A stretch of 64,000 bases of DNA from Anaerolineae bacterium. GTDB lineage: Bacteria > Chloroflexota > Anaerolineae > UBA1429. A program made the position numbers and the translations under genes. Location: NCBI GenBank assembly GCA_963675785.1, contig OY776562.1:1632001-1696000 (forward strand), in the 5' to 3' direction. The notes beneath the pieces are model-generated. The model was not told where the DNA came from and searched no databases. It was given only the letters and a program-made list of their open reading frames with translations. Shown piece by piece: positions 10,695-21,289 of this stretch (its first letter is position 1; every line of letters begins with the position of its first letter).

Positions 10695-13355
10695 ATGAAA
10701 GTACCCAGACCTAGTGGGATAAAAGCTACTCTCAAACGCCCTTGGCCTACACCCTCGTTCGCCGAATCCGACAAATGGCGCTGGAAACCTTTCTATATCA
10801 TCTTTCTTGCCTCGCTTGTCGTAGAAATTCTAGTACTGTTCTACTCCATCTTTCGACCCCAAACAGGACAACAAGATATCACCTCCATTGCCCTGCAATG
10901 CTTTGGTGTTATTCTTTTGCTGATTTCCCTCCTTTGGCGCTCGCGCTCCCTTGAAACACGCATCTGGCTAGGCATAGCCAGCCTTTATTCCGTTGCAATA
11001 ATGCTGTTTCTCTTTGGTGATTCTTTCAGAGGGGGGGAGATCGTACTCTTTACGGCTTCCTTGGCAAGCGTGCTGATCAGCACTGCTAGCGGCGTGATTC
11101 TCACAGGCCTGAACTTTATCCTCCTTTTATCGCTGGGCCGTGCTGCACTTGCAGGATTAGTTTCTTGGGGAGGGCCAGAGTTTATTTGGGATATCTGGCT
11201 GATCGACACCATCAGCTATTGCGTTTTTACAGCAGTGCTTACAATCTCTGCATCGCTTACCATAAATGTCCTGAAAGACAGCCTTATCTCTGCAGAGCGC
11301 AATCAGGTTGCGCTCAAGCATCGCCTTGAAATGGAGCAACTTGGTGCTATCGTATCGACCCAAGTAGGTTCAGCTCGATACGACCAACTTGATGAGGGTA
11401 TCGACTGGGCCCTACAAGCCCTGGGTGAAACGACGCAAGTCGATCGTACTTATCTCTTTGACATTGACCCTGTGCGTAGAGTGTGGAACAACACCCACGA
11501 GTGGTGCGCACCAGGTATAACACCGCAAAAAGATTCCCTACAGAATCTGCCAATGGATGATTTGCGCTGGTGGGCAGATAAAATAGAAGCAAATGAGCCG
11601 ATCATCATGAATGACATAGAGATTATCTCGGATTCAGAACCTGCAATCTATGCGCTCCTTCATGAACAGGGCATTCAGAGCATGCTAGTGGTACCTCTCC
11701 TCGGTGAAGATGCGTTCTACGGCTTTATTGGATTCGACAGTGTGCGCAATAAACGTCAATGGAGTGTTGCTGATGTTGATCTTTTACGCACTGTAGCCAG
11801 CATCTTTGCCGGGCGGAAAAAGCGTGCCCAATACGAACAAGAGATCATCGAGGGGGAAAAACGGTACCGTATGCTGGTCGAGAACTCTCCTCTCAGCGTG
11901 GTACTCTTGGACGAACAAGGCCATGTACTAGAAGCCAACGCAAAAGCGAGACACTTGAGATCAATTTCCCAGCTCAAACCCGGGAAAAGCCTACTCGATA
12001 TACAAGGGCTTGTGGATGCTGGATTTACAGAAAACTTTAAGCGATGTCTGTTGGAGGGAGTTCCCTATTCTGACGAGATCCAGAGTACCCAAGATCCTCA
12101 CATCGCATACTGGACACGCTATTATTTAGTCAGGCTAGATATGAGCGAGAACCAACCTAATCGTGTGCTGTTGCTCATCCAAGATATCTCTCGTGAGCAT
12201 GCTTTGGAAGAAGCGCTAAACCGCTCGCAACGCATGGAGGCCCTGGGGCGACTGGCCGGCGGCGTGGCCCATGATTTCAACAACCTACTCACCGTCATCA
12301 ACGGCTATACCGAGATGATGATCGAGACGGCTGATCTTGATCCAACGTTCAAAGAAGATCTCAACACCATTGCAGAAGCCGGCAACAAGGCATCCAAGTT
12401 GACAAGTCAGTTATTGCTCTTTAGCCGCAGGCAAGAAACACGGGCCGAACGCATCGATGCGAATCAATTGCTACAAGATATGAATCGGTTGCTCAAACGC
12501 TTCCTTGATGAGACCATACAGCTCGAGTTGGATCATGCAGATGAACCTTGCTACATCCAGGCGGATCAGAGCCAGATCGAACAAGTCATCGTGAATCTGG
12601 TTGTTAATGCGCGAGATGCCATGCCAGAAGGCGGCAAAATCCGTGTGGGAACGCGCCTCATTATCGTTGATGAAGAGACGGCCCTTGCTATTCCCAATGC
12701 GAAAACTGGCCTTCATGTTCAGCTATTCGTTCAAGATACTGGCACCGGTATGACACCAGAAGTGTTGCAGCATATTTTTGAGCCCTTTTTTACTACCAAG
12801 GCAGAAAACAGGGGCACTGGCCTTGGCCTTGCAACGGCCTACGGTATTGTGACCAAATTTGATGGGCACATTACGGTAGATAGCGAACCCGGCAAAGGTT
12901 CTATTTTTTACATTAACATACCGTTTAACAATGATGAGACATGGCAGAATGATGCGACGGCAGAAGCCATTTCGGATCATGCGTATTCATCTGAACAGTA
13001 CACGATACTTTTGGTCGAAGATGACGCGACGGTTCGCCGCCTGGTAAAACGCTCCTTGGAAAACATGAACTATACGGTAAACGATGCCCCAAGCGCCGAT
13101 GCGGCACTTGAGATGCTTCAAAGCGGGCTGGCGGTCGACTTGGTTATCAGCGATGTAGTCATGCCCGGTATGTCGGGTATCAAGCTGGCCCGAGCCCTAC
13201 GTGAGCTACGATCTGATACTCCCATCATCCTCATGTCCGGTTACCCGCAAGAACTGAACGAAGTTGAAGACATTCGGGACGAGGGCGTGCCCTTGTTGCT
13301 CAAACCAGTGAAACGCCAGGATCTGCAGAATATGATTCGGCAAGTGCTCGGCTAG
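10695..13355 (+). CDS. Membrane hybrid sensor histidine kinase 2 (TM-GAF-PAS-HisKA-HATPase-REC)
   Basis: NTHEWC/GFIGFD GAF motifs, [21 protein letters not shown]. Confidence 0.93.
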   Translation: MKVPRPSGIKATLKRPWPTPSFAESDKWRWKPFYIIFLASLVVEILVLFYSIFRPQTGQQDITSIALQCFGVILLLISLLWRSRSLETRIWLGIASLYSVAIMLFLFGDSFRGGEIVLFTASLASVLISTASGVILTGLNFILLLSLGRAALAGLVSWGGPEFIWDIWLIDTISYCVFTAVLTISASLTINVLKDSLISAERNQVALKHRLEMEQLGAIVSTQVGSARYDQLDEGIDWALQALGETTQVDRTYLFDIDPVRRVWNNTHEWCAPGITPQKDSLQNLPMDDLRWWADKIEANEPIIMNDIEIISDSEPAIYALLHEQGIQSMLVVPLLGEDAFYGFIGFDSVRNKRQWSVADVDLLRTVASIFAGRKKRAQYEQEIIEGEKRYRMLVENSPLSVVLLDEQGHVLEANAKARHLRSISQLKPGKSLLDIQGLVDAGFTENFKRCLLEGVPYSDEIQSTQDPHIAYWTRYYLVRLDMSENQPNRVLLLIQDISREHALEEALNRSQRMEALGRLAGGVAHDFNNLLTVINGYTEMMIETADLDPTFKEDLNTIAEAGNKASKLTSQLLLFSRRQETRAERIDANQLLQDMNRLLKRFLDETIQLELDHADEPCYIQADQSQIEQVIVNLVVNARDAMPEGGKIRVGTRLIIVDEETALAIPNAKTGLHVQLFVQDTGTGMTPEVLQHIFEPFFTTKAENRGTGLGLATAYGIVTKFDGHITVDSEPGKGSIFYINIPFNNDETWQNDATAEAISDHAYSSEQYTILLVEDDATVRRLVKRSLENMNYTVNDAPSADAALEMLQSGLAVDLVISDVVMPGMSGIKLARALRELRSDTPIILMSGYPQELNEVEDIRDEGVPLLLKPVKRQDLQNMIRQVLG
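12735..13321 (+). repeat. Near-identical direct repeat of 15597-16183 (HATPase end plus receiver domain of kinases 2 and 3)
   Basis: Long exact nucleotide matches, e.g. GATACTGGCACCGGTATGACACCAGAAGTGTTGCAGCATATTTTTGAGCCC at 12735 and 15597. Confidence 0.9.
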
Positions 13356-13553
13356 ATATGTGATGCAGCGAGAGCCCCCGATTCTTCAGTCACAATGCCT
13401 GAAAGCTCGGGAGCTCTTGTGTGACTGAAGCGATGATAAAGGCGACAGATAACAGTGTAAGAGACTCTAGCAATGCTATTCACGTCGTTCTATTGATTCG
13501 AGTCGGGAGAATATGCAAGATCTTTATAATGGGATCGTCAAGGAGGCTGCACA

Positions 13554-16235
13554 ATGCTGGCATCTGACTTTGATAACAAGCCCAAGATGTCTAGATTCCG
13601 CAGATTCCTAAAACACCTCTTTACTACCGAAGATTGGCGTTTGAGCGCCTTTTACATCCTCTTTGCTGCTACGCTGGTTATGGAAACCGTCCCCGTCTCT
13701 GATGCACTGGGAGATATCGCGAGCAAATCTGGAAGCAATCTCGCTGCCTGGTTTCTTGTTCTTTGCTACATTCTAGTTCTTGTGGGCTTATTCTGGAGAT
13801 CGCTCTCCCTTAGAACAAGGACCTGGTTGGGAATCGCCAGTCTATATCTATATGGCACAACACTGCTAGCTCATACCGGCACTTTTTCGGGGGGCAGAAC
13901 CTACCTTCTTGTAGCTTCCCTCCTGGCAAGTGTACTGATCAGCATGAAAAGCGGCATTATCCTACTAACAGCTACCTTAGTCATCCCTCTCGTGCTGGGC
14001 CAAGCTTATCTGTCTGGCCTGGTTAATTGGGATGTATCAACCATCCTCTGGAAAAAGTGGTTGATCAGTACGGTCGGTCACAGCTTGCTTGGAGCTGCGC
14101 TTACCATCAGTGTGACGATTATCATCCGTCGACTGGAATCTAGCCTGATAGAAGCACGGAATAGCCGCGACGTTATCAATCACCGCCTGCAGATGGAAAA
14201 GCTCACTGCCTCCATATCAGTCCGAGTGGGCTCAGCCCGAATTGAGCAATTTGAAGACGCCATACAGTGGGCGCTCCAGTCTCTGGGAGAGCTAATGAGG
14301 GTAGACCGTGCATATCTTTTTGGCACTGATGCTGCTCACACAGTATGGAATAATACACACGAATGGTGCGCTCAAGGCATTGCGTCACAAATCGACGCAC
14401 TACAGAATTTACCAATGGCCAAGTTTGGTTGGTGGCAACAACAAATGGAGAATAACGTGCCGATCATCCTTAATGATATCGGCACTATTTCAGAATCAGA
14501 ACCGGTTGTCTATGCGCTTCTCCGTGAGCAGGGAATCGCAAGTACACTTGCCGTACCTCTCATCCGCGAAGATTCTTTTTATGGCTTTATCGGATTTGAT
14601 ACCCTACGCAACAAACGGGAATGGAATATCGACGATGTCCAACTCTTGCGCACCATTGCGGATATCTTGGCCGGGCGCAAGAGACGCGCAGGCTATGAGC
14701 AAGAACTCGTAGAAAGCGAACGGCGTTACCGCATGCTCGTTGAAAACGCCCCGATCGGTGTGGTGCTTGTGGATGAAAAAGGCTATGTGCTGGAAACAAA
14801 CTCTAGCGCAGAGAAGCTAGGTGATATCCCGCAGTTCCATCCGGGTGAAAGCCTTCTGGAGACGGATGTTCTTATCAAATCCAACTTTGTAGAGCAGTTC
14901 AAGCAATGCCTTTCTGAGGACGTGCATTGTACAGGAGATATTCTGTATCGTCAGGATCTCCATATGGAACGTTGGGCTCGTTACCACTTGGCAAGAATGA
15001 ATCTTGGTGAAAACCAACCGGGCCAGGTATTGGTCGTTGTAGAAGATACTTCACATGCCCACGCACTGCAGGAAACGCTAAACCGTTCACAGCGCATGGA
15101 AGCTCTGGGACGCTTGGCCGGCGGCGTGGCCCATGATTTCAATAACTTGCTCACTGTCATCAACGGCTATATGGAGATGACACTCGAAACACCAAACCTT
15201 GATCCAGCACTAAAGGACGATCTCGTAATTGTCGCAGAGGCCGGCAGCACAGCCTCCAAGCTCACCAGTCAACTGTTGCTCTTCAGTCGCCGCCAAGAAG
15301 CCAAGGTAGAGAGAGTCGAAGTAAATCAGTTGCTTCATGACATGAATAGTCTACTTGGACGCCTGATCAATGAAAGCATCGAACTCGATTTAGAGCTCAC
15401 TGATGAGCCCTGCTATATCCAGGCCGATTCTAGCCAGATCGAACAGGTCGTTATGAACTTGGTGGTCAATGCGCGCGATGCCATACTCGAGGGGGGCAGA
15501 ATTCAAGTAGGCGTACGGCACATTACAATTGACAAAGAAACTGCCGAGATAATCCCCGATGCCGTAGATGGGGAACACGTTCAGATATTTGTCCAGGATA
15601 CTGGCACCGGTATGACACCAGAAGTGTTGCAGCATATTTTTGAGCCCTTTTTTACTACCAAGGCAGAAAACAGGGGCACTGGCCTTGGCCTTGCCACGGT
15701 CTACGGTATTGTGACCAAATTTGACGGGCACATTACGGTAGATAGCGAACCCGGCAAAGGCTCTATCTTTTACATTAACATACCGTTTAACAATGATGAG
15801 ACATGGCAGAATGACGAAGCGGCAGAAGTCATTTCGGATCATTCGTATTCATCTGAACAGTACACGATACTTTTGGTCGAGGATGACGCGACGGTTCGCC
15901 GCCTGGTAAAACGCTCCTTGGAAAACATGAACTATACGGTAAACGATGCACCAAACGCTGACGCGGCACTTGAGATGCTTCAAAGTGGGCTAGCGGTCGA
16001 CTTGGTTATCAGCGATGTGGTTATGCCTGGTATGTCGGGTATCAAGCTGGCCCGAGCCTTGCACGAGCTAAGCCCTGCTATCCCCATCATCCTCATGTCT
16101 GGCTACCCGCAAGAACTGAGCGAAGCTGAAGACATTCGGGACGAGGGCGTGCCCTTGTTGCTCAAGCCAGTAAAACGCCAGGAACTCTTGGAGGTCATTC
16201 AGCAAGTACTACAACAGCCGCCATTCGAGTCATAA
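13554..16235 (+). CDS. Membrane hybrid sensor histidine kinase 3 (TM-GAF-PAS-HisKA-HATPase-REC)
   Basis: Same motifs as kinase 2; AAGGAGG RBS. Confidence 0.93.
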   Translation: MLASDFDNKPKMSRFRRFLKHLFTTEDWRLSAFYILFAATLVMETVPVSDALGDIASKSGSNLAAWFLVLCYILVLVGLFWRSLSLRTRTWLGIASLYLYGTTLLAHTGTFSGGRTYLLVASLLASVLISMKSGIILLTATLVIPLVLGQAYLSGLVNWDVSTILWKKWLISTVGHSLLGAALTISVTIIIRRLESSLIEARNSRDVINHRLQMEKLTASISVRVGSARIEQFEDAIQWALQSLGELMRVDRAYLFGTDAAHTVWNNTHEWCAQGIASQIDALQNLPMAKFGWWQQQMENNVPIILNDIGTISESEPVVYALLREQGIASTLAVPLIREDSFYGFIGFDTLRNKREWNIDDVQLLRTIADILAGRKRRAGYEQELVESERRYRMLVENAPIGVVLVDEKGYVLETNSSAEKLGDIPQFHPGESLLETDVLIKSNFVEQFKQCLSEDVHCTGDILYRQDLHMERWARYHLARMNLGENQPGQVLVVVEDTSHAHALQETLNRSQRMEALGRLAGGVAHDFNNLLTVINGYMEMTLETPNLDPALKDDLVIVAEAGSTASKLTSQLLLFSRRQEAKVERVEVNQLLHDMNSLLGRLINESIELDLELTDEPCYIQADSSQIEQVVMNLVVNARDAILEGGRIQVGVRHITIDKETAEIIPDAVDGEHVQIFVQDTGTGMTPEVLQHIFEPFFTTKAENRGTGLGLATVYGIVTKFDGHITVDSEPGKGSIFYINIPFNNDETWQNDEAAEVISDHSYSSEQYTILLVEDDATVRRLVKRSLENMNYTVNDAPNADAALEMLQSGLAVDLVISDVVMPGMSGIKLARALHELSPAIPIILMSGYPQELSEAEDIRDEGVPLLLKPVKRQELLEVIQQVLQQPPFES
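15597..16183 (+). repeat. Second copy of the near-identical kinase 3' segment
   Basis: Matches 12735-13321 at offset 2862. Confidence 0.9.
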
Positions 16236-16246
16236 TCATGCGCGAT

Positions 16247-16282
16247 AAACCCCCGATGCATGCGCATCGGGGGTTTCTTTTC
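16247..16282. terminator. Rho-independent terminator between convergent genes
   Basis: AAACCCCCGATGC-atgc-GCATCGGGGGTTTCTTTT. Confidence 0.85.
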
Positions 16283-16295
16283 ATATAAATAAACG

Positions 16296-17882
16296 CTAAC
16301 GCATGATTAGCGGCACGAAACACAGCGAAGAGGGTGTAGCAGTGGGGGCCGTCGTCGGTATCGGTGACGCAGCTACAGTGGACGTAGCGGCTGCAGTGGA
16401 CGTCGCCGCTGTAGTGGCAGTGGCCGCTGTAGTGGCAGTGGCCGCAGCAGTTGCTGTGTTGGTAGGCGTGGGCGTGGGCAGCGGCTGGCCTATGACAGCA
16501 AGATAAACAATGCCATATGGGTTTTCCTCATTGCGGCCGGTATTCTCGGCAAGTAGATTATCAGCCGTTGAGCCAAAGGACACATGCTCTCCTGTACCGT
16601 CAATGATGCCAAAGCTCATGGTACCGTTAGGCTCTACGCCGTATTCGCCCACCTCAAGGTAGACGGTTTCGCCCGTTTCCATACTGTGCATATAGACATC
16701 ATAGTGATCATCAATATCCGCCGCATCCAGGCTGGCTAGGGTGCCAAAGATGACCCAGCTACCATCGCCGCTAATGCTGAGATCGTTGGAAAGGGCGGTG
16801 CTGGCCACACCAGCGGTGCTAACAGAGGCCAACGTATTCAGGCCCGTTGTTCTATCATACACAAACGCATCGGCAAGCGGGTTGGTATCAGCGGTCGAGG
16901 TCAAGTTGGTAGCAAGGGAGATATAGGCGACATAGCGTCCATCATCGCTGATATCTAGGCCGTACTTGAGAGCCGCTGCACTATCGATGCCAGACTTGTC
17001 ATCGGCCTCTATACCGCCAGGACCTACAGAGATGCGCGTGGTTGTATCGTTCACCGTATCACGCAGCATCACATCATAAACGCCGTTGGTGTCGCCAGGC
17101 ACTAGGTCGGTAGCACTGGTGACAAAGGCCACATACTGACCACCGTTGCTTATTACGGGCGTATATGAATGACCATCGGCCAGCTCACCATCAGCATCCA
17201 GAGAGACAAGCTCTACCGTGCCAGTGTCGACGCCGCACAAAAAGATATCCGCCTTGCCATTGGTATCACCTGGTACCATGTTCGTGGCATAAGAAGCAAC
17301 AGCCACATAGCCCCCATCGGGGCTCAAGTCCATGCGGAAGGAAAACGAATCAGCCGCTACGCCCATGCTGGTCAGCGTGGCACAAGCCCAAGTATCCGTT
17401 TGGCGATCGTAGCGATAGACATCATCCTCACCATTGGTATCTTCAGCAACAAGGCTCTCAGGCGTAATCATGGCCACATAACGGCCATCAGCGCTGATGC
17501 GAACCTGAAGATCAATTCTAGAGCTGTAAGCGCCATAGGCAAAGAGGTCTCCGCCAGGCGTGATCGAGATACATTCAGTGGTGTTGCTAATACAGTCTCG
17601 CAGGAAAAGTTGCGGATTGGCGTCGGGCGCGATGCCTTCTACTAAATTACTGGCCCACGAACTAAAGAGAACGTAGCGGCCATCATTGCTCATGGCCAGG
17701 GGCGTAGCATCACCATTCTGCCAAGCATCTTCCAGGCCAATGGAAACAATTTCCAGAGTCTGGATGGTGAGATCGTCCAGGGTAATGGCTGATTTTGAAT
17801 CTGGGGCTTGGGCGTTTACTACACTGGCTGCTATCAACACAACGAGGAGAATTACAGTGAGGGTGCGTACCGGGTTACTCAA
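16296..17882 (-). CDS. Secreted TolB/PD40-like beta-propeller protein with Thr/Ala-rich linker and C-terminal FVPLIMR motif
   Basis: Signal peptide ending VNA-QA; repeated (I/L)S.DG.YV.F.S.A.NLV.GDTNG..DVF blades; TTG start 17882 behind GGAAGG. Confidence 0.85.
   Translation of the reverse strand: MSNPVRTLTVILLVVLIAASVVNAQAPDSKSAITLDDLTIQTLEIVSIGLEDAWQNGDATPLAMSNDGRYVLFSSWASNLVEGIAPDANPQLFLRDCISNTTECISITPGGDLFAYGAYSSRIDLQVRISADGRYVAMITPESLVAEDTNGEDDVYRYDRQTDTWACATLTSMGVAADSFSFRMDLSPDGGYVAVASYATNMVPGDTNGKADIFLCGVDTGTVELVSLDADGELADGHSYTPVISNGGQYVAFVTSATDLVPGDTNGVYDVMLRDTVNDTTTRISVGPGGIEADDKSGIDSAAALKYGLDISDDGRYVAYISLATNLTSTADTNPLADAFVYDRTTGLNTLASVSTAGVASTALSNDLSISGDGSWVIFGTLASLDAADIDDHYDVYMHSMETGETVYLEVGEYGVEPNGTMSFGIIDGTGEHVSFGSTADNLLAENTGRNEENPYGIVYLAVIGQPLPTPTPTNTATAAATATTAATATTAATSTAAATSTVAASPIPTTAPTATPSSLCFVPLIMR
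16371..16460 (-). repeat. Degenerate 18-bp tandem repeat encoding the (TATTAA)-type linker
   Basis: GCCGCTGTAGTGGCAGTG twice exactly, plus degenerate copies. Confidence 0.75.
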
Positions 17883-18063
17883 GAAAATGTCCTTCCGTGT
17901 GTGGGTGAGATATTCCAGGACGGCCAAAGGCCTTTCGCAGAGTACAATACGGAGCACTTTTGCGCAACTGAAAGAGATTTCAACATATAAAAACAAGCTG
18001 TGCTTGGGGGGAAAAATCCATGGCCAGCATTGGTAGGCCAAAATACAGTAATGAATGCTTGCA

Positions 18064-18101
18064 AACAAAAGAGAGGCTGGATGAATCAGCCCCTCTTTGT
18101 T
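18064..18101 (-). terminator. Probable terminator downstream of the cupin gene
   Basis: AACAAAAGAGAGGCTG...CAGCCCCTCTTTGTT imperfect stem. Confidence 0.6.
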
Positions 18102-18125
18102 ATGCGTACATACTGTAGAACGCGT

Positions 18126-18422
18126 CTAGCCGAAACAGATCCATTGGCACTCTGTATCCGTCTCCAAGCGCGAAGCTATCCACTCGGGCACATAGACCAG
18201 ATCGCCCGGTGTAACCTCACTGGATTCCTCCCCCACTGTTACATTGGCCGCACCCTCAAGGATGAACCAATAGCGCACCCCTGCATGTGGTTTGTTGTCA
18301 AAAGGATTATCCGGCGTGGTGCGCCGTACAACAAGGTGATCTAACTTGTCTTGAAAGGCCTCGACATGATAATCTGTTCGGTAGTGAATTTCCTTGAGAT
18401 CTAGTGTTCGTACGATCATCAT
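18126..18422 (-). CDS. Small cupin-domain protein
   Basis: PH..VRYWFILEG.A.V.VG......PGDLVYVP cupin motifs; AAGGAG RBS. Confidence 0.85.
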   Translation of the reverse strand: MMIVRTLDLKEIHYRTDYHVEAFQDKLDHLVVRRTTPDNPFDNKPHAGVRYWFILEGAANVTVGEESSEVTPGDLVYVPEWIASRLETDTECQWICFG

Positions 18423-18570
18423 CCTGCTCCTTGATTCGTCATGTATTCAGAATACCCTTGGAGAAGATGGCCGTCAACAGCCTTGCACCGTTGGCGAATA
18501 TGCGCAACCCCCTGCAAGCATTTCACGTATATTTACTGGTTCATTTGTTGCATTAGGGGAAGGACTCAAC

Positions 18571-19098
18571 ATGACAGAAAACACACCTCAAAACAAGGGG
18601 CGTTCATCAGGCTGGCTGCCAGGAATTCTGCTTATCATCGCTGGCGTTCTGGGTCTGGTCAGCCGCTACGTCGATCTGACTTTTGACGTTGGGTTGCTGG
18701 TACTCCCCGGCATTGGCCTGGCTTTCTTGATCGCGGGTCTGGCGAGCGGCCAGCGTGGCTTTTTCGTGCCCGCCGGCATTCTCACCTGCCTGGGCACTGG
18801 CATCATCCTCGTCGATGGGCCGCTGGCTGCAGCATCCGAGGATTTGCAGGCTGGCGTGGTACTGATGGCCCTGGGCAGTGGGTTCATCGTGGCCATGTTG
18901 CTCTCGTTAGTAGGTAACGAGCGGCCTTTTTACTGGGCACTGATCCCTGGCGGCATTCTTGCTGCTTTGGGTGCAGGTTTTGTATTATTCACTCAGTTCC
19001 CACAATTTATGGCAAACTGGGGTACAATGTTTGTTGGCGGTATCCTAGTGCTCGTCGGTATCATTGTGCTGATACGCGGACTGGCACACCGCGAATAG
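18571..19098 (+). CDS. Hypothetical multi-pass membrane protein (LiaF/LiaI-like TM repeats)
   Basis: Six hydrophobic segments with GILLIIAG, VPAGIL, WALIPGGIL; GGAAGGA RBS before ATG 18571. Confidence 0.7.
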   Translation: MTENTPQNKGRSSGWLPGILLIIAGVLGLVSRYVDLTFDVGLLVLPGIGLAFLIAGLASGQRGFFVPAGILTCLGTGIILVDGPLAAASEDLQAGVVLMALGSGFIVAMLLSLVGNERPFYWALIPGGILAALGAGFVLFTQFPQFMANWGTMFVGGILVLVGIIVLIRGLAHRE

Positions 19099-19110
19099 GT
19101 TCTGGTAAGG

Positions 19111-19149
19111 AACCTGCGCGGTGCTCACGGCGCTGCGCAGGTTTTTTTT
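19111..19149 (+). terminator. Terminator/attenuator-like hairpin between membrane protein and ABC operon
   Basis: AACCTGCGCGGTGC...GCGCTGCGCAGGTTTTTTTT. Confidence 0.65.
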
Positions 19150-19171
19150 ATGTCAGGGAATGGAGTTAAAG

Positions 19172-20077
19172 ATGGAGCAGGCAACTGTCAGTGTCTCGCA
19201 CGTGGCCAAGCGTTTTGGACAGGTCCAAGCCGTGCGCGATGTCTCGTTCGAGGTATACCCTGGAGAGATATTTGGGTTGCTCGGGCCTAACGGCGCTGGC
19301 AAAACAACCACCATCCGCGTCATGCTGGATATTTTCAAAGCAGATGCGGGCAAGGTCACGATCTTTGGTGAACCGTTCTCCGAATCCGTCAAGGACCGCA
19401 TTGGCTATCTACCAGAGGAACGCGGGCTTTACCGTGATCAGACGCTGGAGCAAATGCTGCCCTATTTTGCAGCGCTCAAGGGCGTACCTGAAGGTGAAGC
19501 ACGGCAGCGTATGGAGATCTGGCTCAAGCGCTTCGATCTGTGGGAAGATCGTACCAAGAAAACGCAAGAGCTTTCCAAGGGTATGCAGCAAAAGGCTCAG
19601 ATCGTCGCCACCCTGCTGCACGAGCCAGATCTTGTGGTCATCGACGAGCCTTTTTCAGGTTTGGACCCGGTGAATACCCGGTTGGTTAAAGAGGTCATTC
19701 AAGAGCTTCAAGAGGCCGGCAAGACAGTAATTATGTCAACTCACCAAATGTACCAGGTGGAAATGCTCTGCAACCGAATCTTGCTGATAGACAAGGGCGA
19801 GGGCGTATTGTACGGCAAGCTAGCCGATATCAAACGCGAATACTCGGGTAACTCTGTACTTGTCAGCGGGCAAGGCGAGTTGGGAGAGCTGGTTGGCGTG
19901 CTCGAAATGCGCCGACAAAATGGTGATTATCATCTGGTTCTCGATGATCAGACTACGCCAGAAGACGTGCTCAAACAGCTTGTTGGCCGCGATGATTTCA
20001 AACTGGAACAGTATCAGGTTACGACGGCTTCTCTGGAGGATATCTTTGTCCAGGTTGTACAGGGGAAAAAGGAGTAG
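19172..20077 (+). CDS. ABC transporter ATP-binding protein (NatA/YhaQ-like)
   Basis: GPNGAGKT, GYLPEERGLY, LSKGMQQK, IDEPFSGLDPVN, SLEDIF. Confidence 0.93.
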   Translation: MEQATVSVSHVAKRFGQVQAVRDVSFEVYPGEIFGLLGPNGAGKTTTIRVMLDIFKADAGKVTIFGEPFSESVKDRIGYLPEERGLYRDQTLEQMLPYFAALKGVPEGEARQRMEIWLKRFDLWEDRTKKTQELSKGMQQKAQIVATLLHEPDLVVIDEPFSGLDPVNTRLVKEVIQELQEAGKTVIMSTHQMYQVEMLCNRILLIDKGEGVLYGKLADIKREYSGNSVLVSGQGELGELVGVLEMRRQNGDYHLVLDDQTTPEDVLKQLVGRDDFKLEQYQVTTASLEDIFVQVVQGKKE

Positions 20078-20080
20078 ACA

Positions 20081-21289
20081 GTGAAAAAGCTATTCCTTAT
20101 AGCACGGCACGAGTTTATGCACATGGTGCACCAGCGCAGCTTTTTGCTGACGACACTGGGGTTGCCCCTTTTGATCGTGTTGATCGGCCTGGTGAGTGTG
20201 TCGACAGCAGAATCCGCTGTGGCGGCTCATGCTATTGGCTATTTTGATCCAGATGGTGTCTTAGGCAATCCAGCCGTCAGCCGTGTCTACTATGGCGACA
20301 CTGAACACACCATCAGCGCCTATGATGATCGCACAAAAGCTGAAGTTGCCGTGGAAAACGGTGAAATTGACGCATTGTTTGTGGTGGGGTCTAGCTATGC
20401 GCAAGATGGCGCCCTTCAGGTCGTCTACTGGGAAGAAAGCCCCAGCGACACCGTCTATAGTATCTGGAATCAATTTGCGCGCCAGGCGCTTACGGCGAAT
20501 TATGATGCTGATGTGGCGAGCCGCCTAACCTGGGGCTTTAACATCACAGGAGAATCGCTGAGCGGCGAAGAAAAGTTTAGCAATGAAGGCATCCCATCCT
20601 TTGTGGTAGCCATGGTTGCCGCCATACTGTTCATCATAGCTTCGTTGATGAGCAGCGGTTATTTGCTGCAAGCGGTGGTCGGTGAGAAAGAAAATCGCAC
20701 CATCGAAGTGATGGCTAGTACTGTTACGCCAGAACAACTGGTGGGCGGCAAAACGCTGGGGCTGTTGGCTGTAGCACTGGCTCAGATCGCCGTATGGGTT
20801 CTTTCGGGCTTGTTGGCGTTCGATATGTTTGCCCCAGATGATTTTGCCAACCTAACGTTCGATCTGGGCAATCTGGCACTTTTGGCGTTCTACTTTATTC
20901 CGTCTTTCGCCCTGCTGGGCGGTATGATGGTGGCCATCGGAGCTGCATCAACAGAGGCGCGTCAGGCTCAACAGCTCTCGGGGCCAATTTCGATGCTCTT
21001 TGTGTTGCCGATGATGTTGATTACGTTGTTTTTTGTGGCACCAGAGAGCCCCATCGTCATGGCATTGACGCTGTTCCCGACCACCTCGTTCGTGGCAGTG
21101 GCTGTACTGATGAGCATGGGCGAAGTAGCGATCTGGCAGATCGTTGTAGGACAAATATTGCTATGGGCCAGCGCTGTGGGCATGGTTTGGGTGGCCGCTC
21201 GAGTGTTCAGAATGGGTATGCTGCGAACCGGCCAGCGCCTAAGCTGGCAGCAGATTCGTGTTGGGCTGCGCGGAGGTAATGTATCATGA
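20081..21289 (+). CDS. ABC-2 permease (NatB/YhaP-like)
   Basis: EKENRTIEV motif, GKTLG, large extracellular loop. Confidence 0.9.
   Translation: MKKLFLIARHEFMHMVHQRSFLLTTLGLPLLIVLIGLVSVSTAESAVAAHAIGYFDPDGVLGNPAVSRVYYGDTEHTISAYDDRTKAEVAVENGEIDALFVVGSSYAQDGALQVVYWEESPSDTVYSIWNQFARQALTANYDADVASRLTWGFNITGESLSGEEKFSNEGIPSFVVAMVAAILFIIASLMSSGYLLQAVVGEKENRTIEVMASTVTPEQLVGGKTLGLLAVALAQIAVWVLSGLLAFDMFAPDDFANLTFDLGNLALLAFYFIPSFALLGGMMVAIGAASTEARQAQQLSGPISMLFVLPMMLITLFFVAPESPIVMALTLFPTTSFVAVAVLMSMGEVAIWQIVVGQILLWASAVGMVWVAARVFRMGMLRTGQRLSWQQIRVGLRGGNVS

Noticed and set aside
17883-18068. N-terminal extension of the propeller ORF or a c-di-GMP riboswitch in its leader
   Set aside because: Signal peptide and RBS point to TTG 17882; riboswitch consensus elements were not found.
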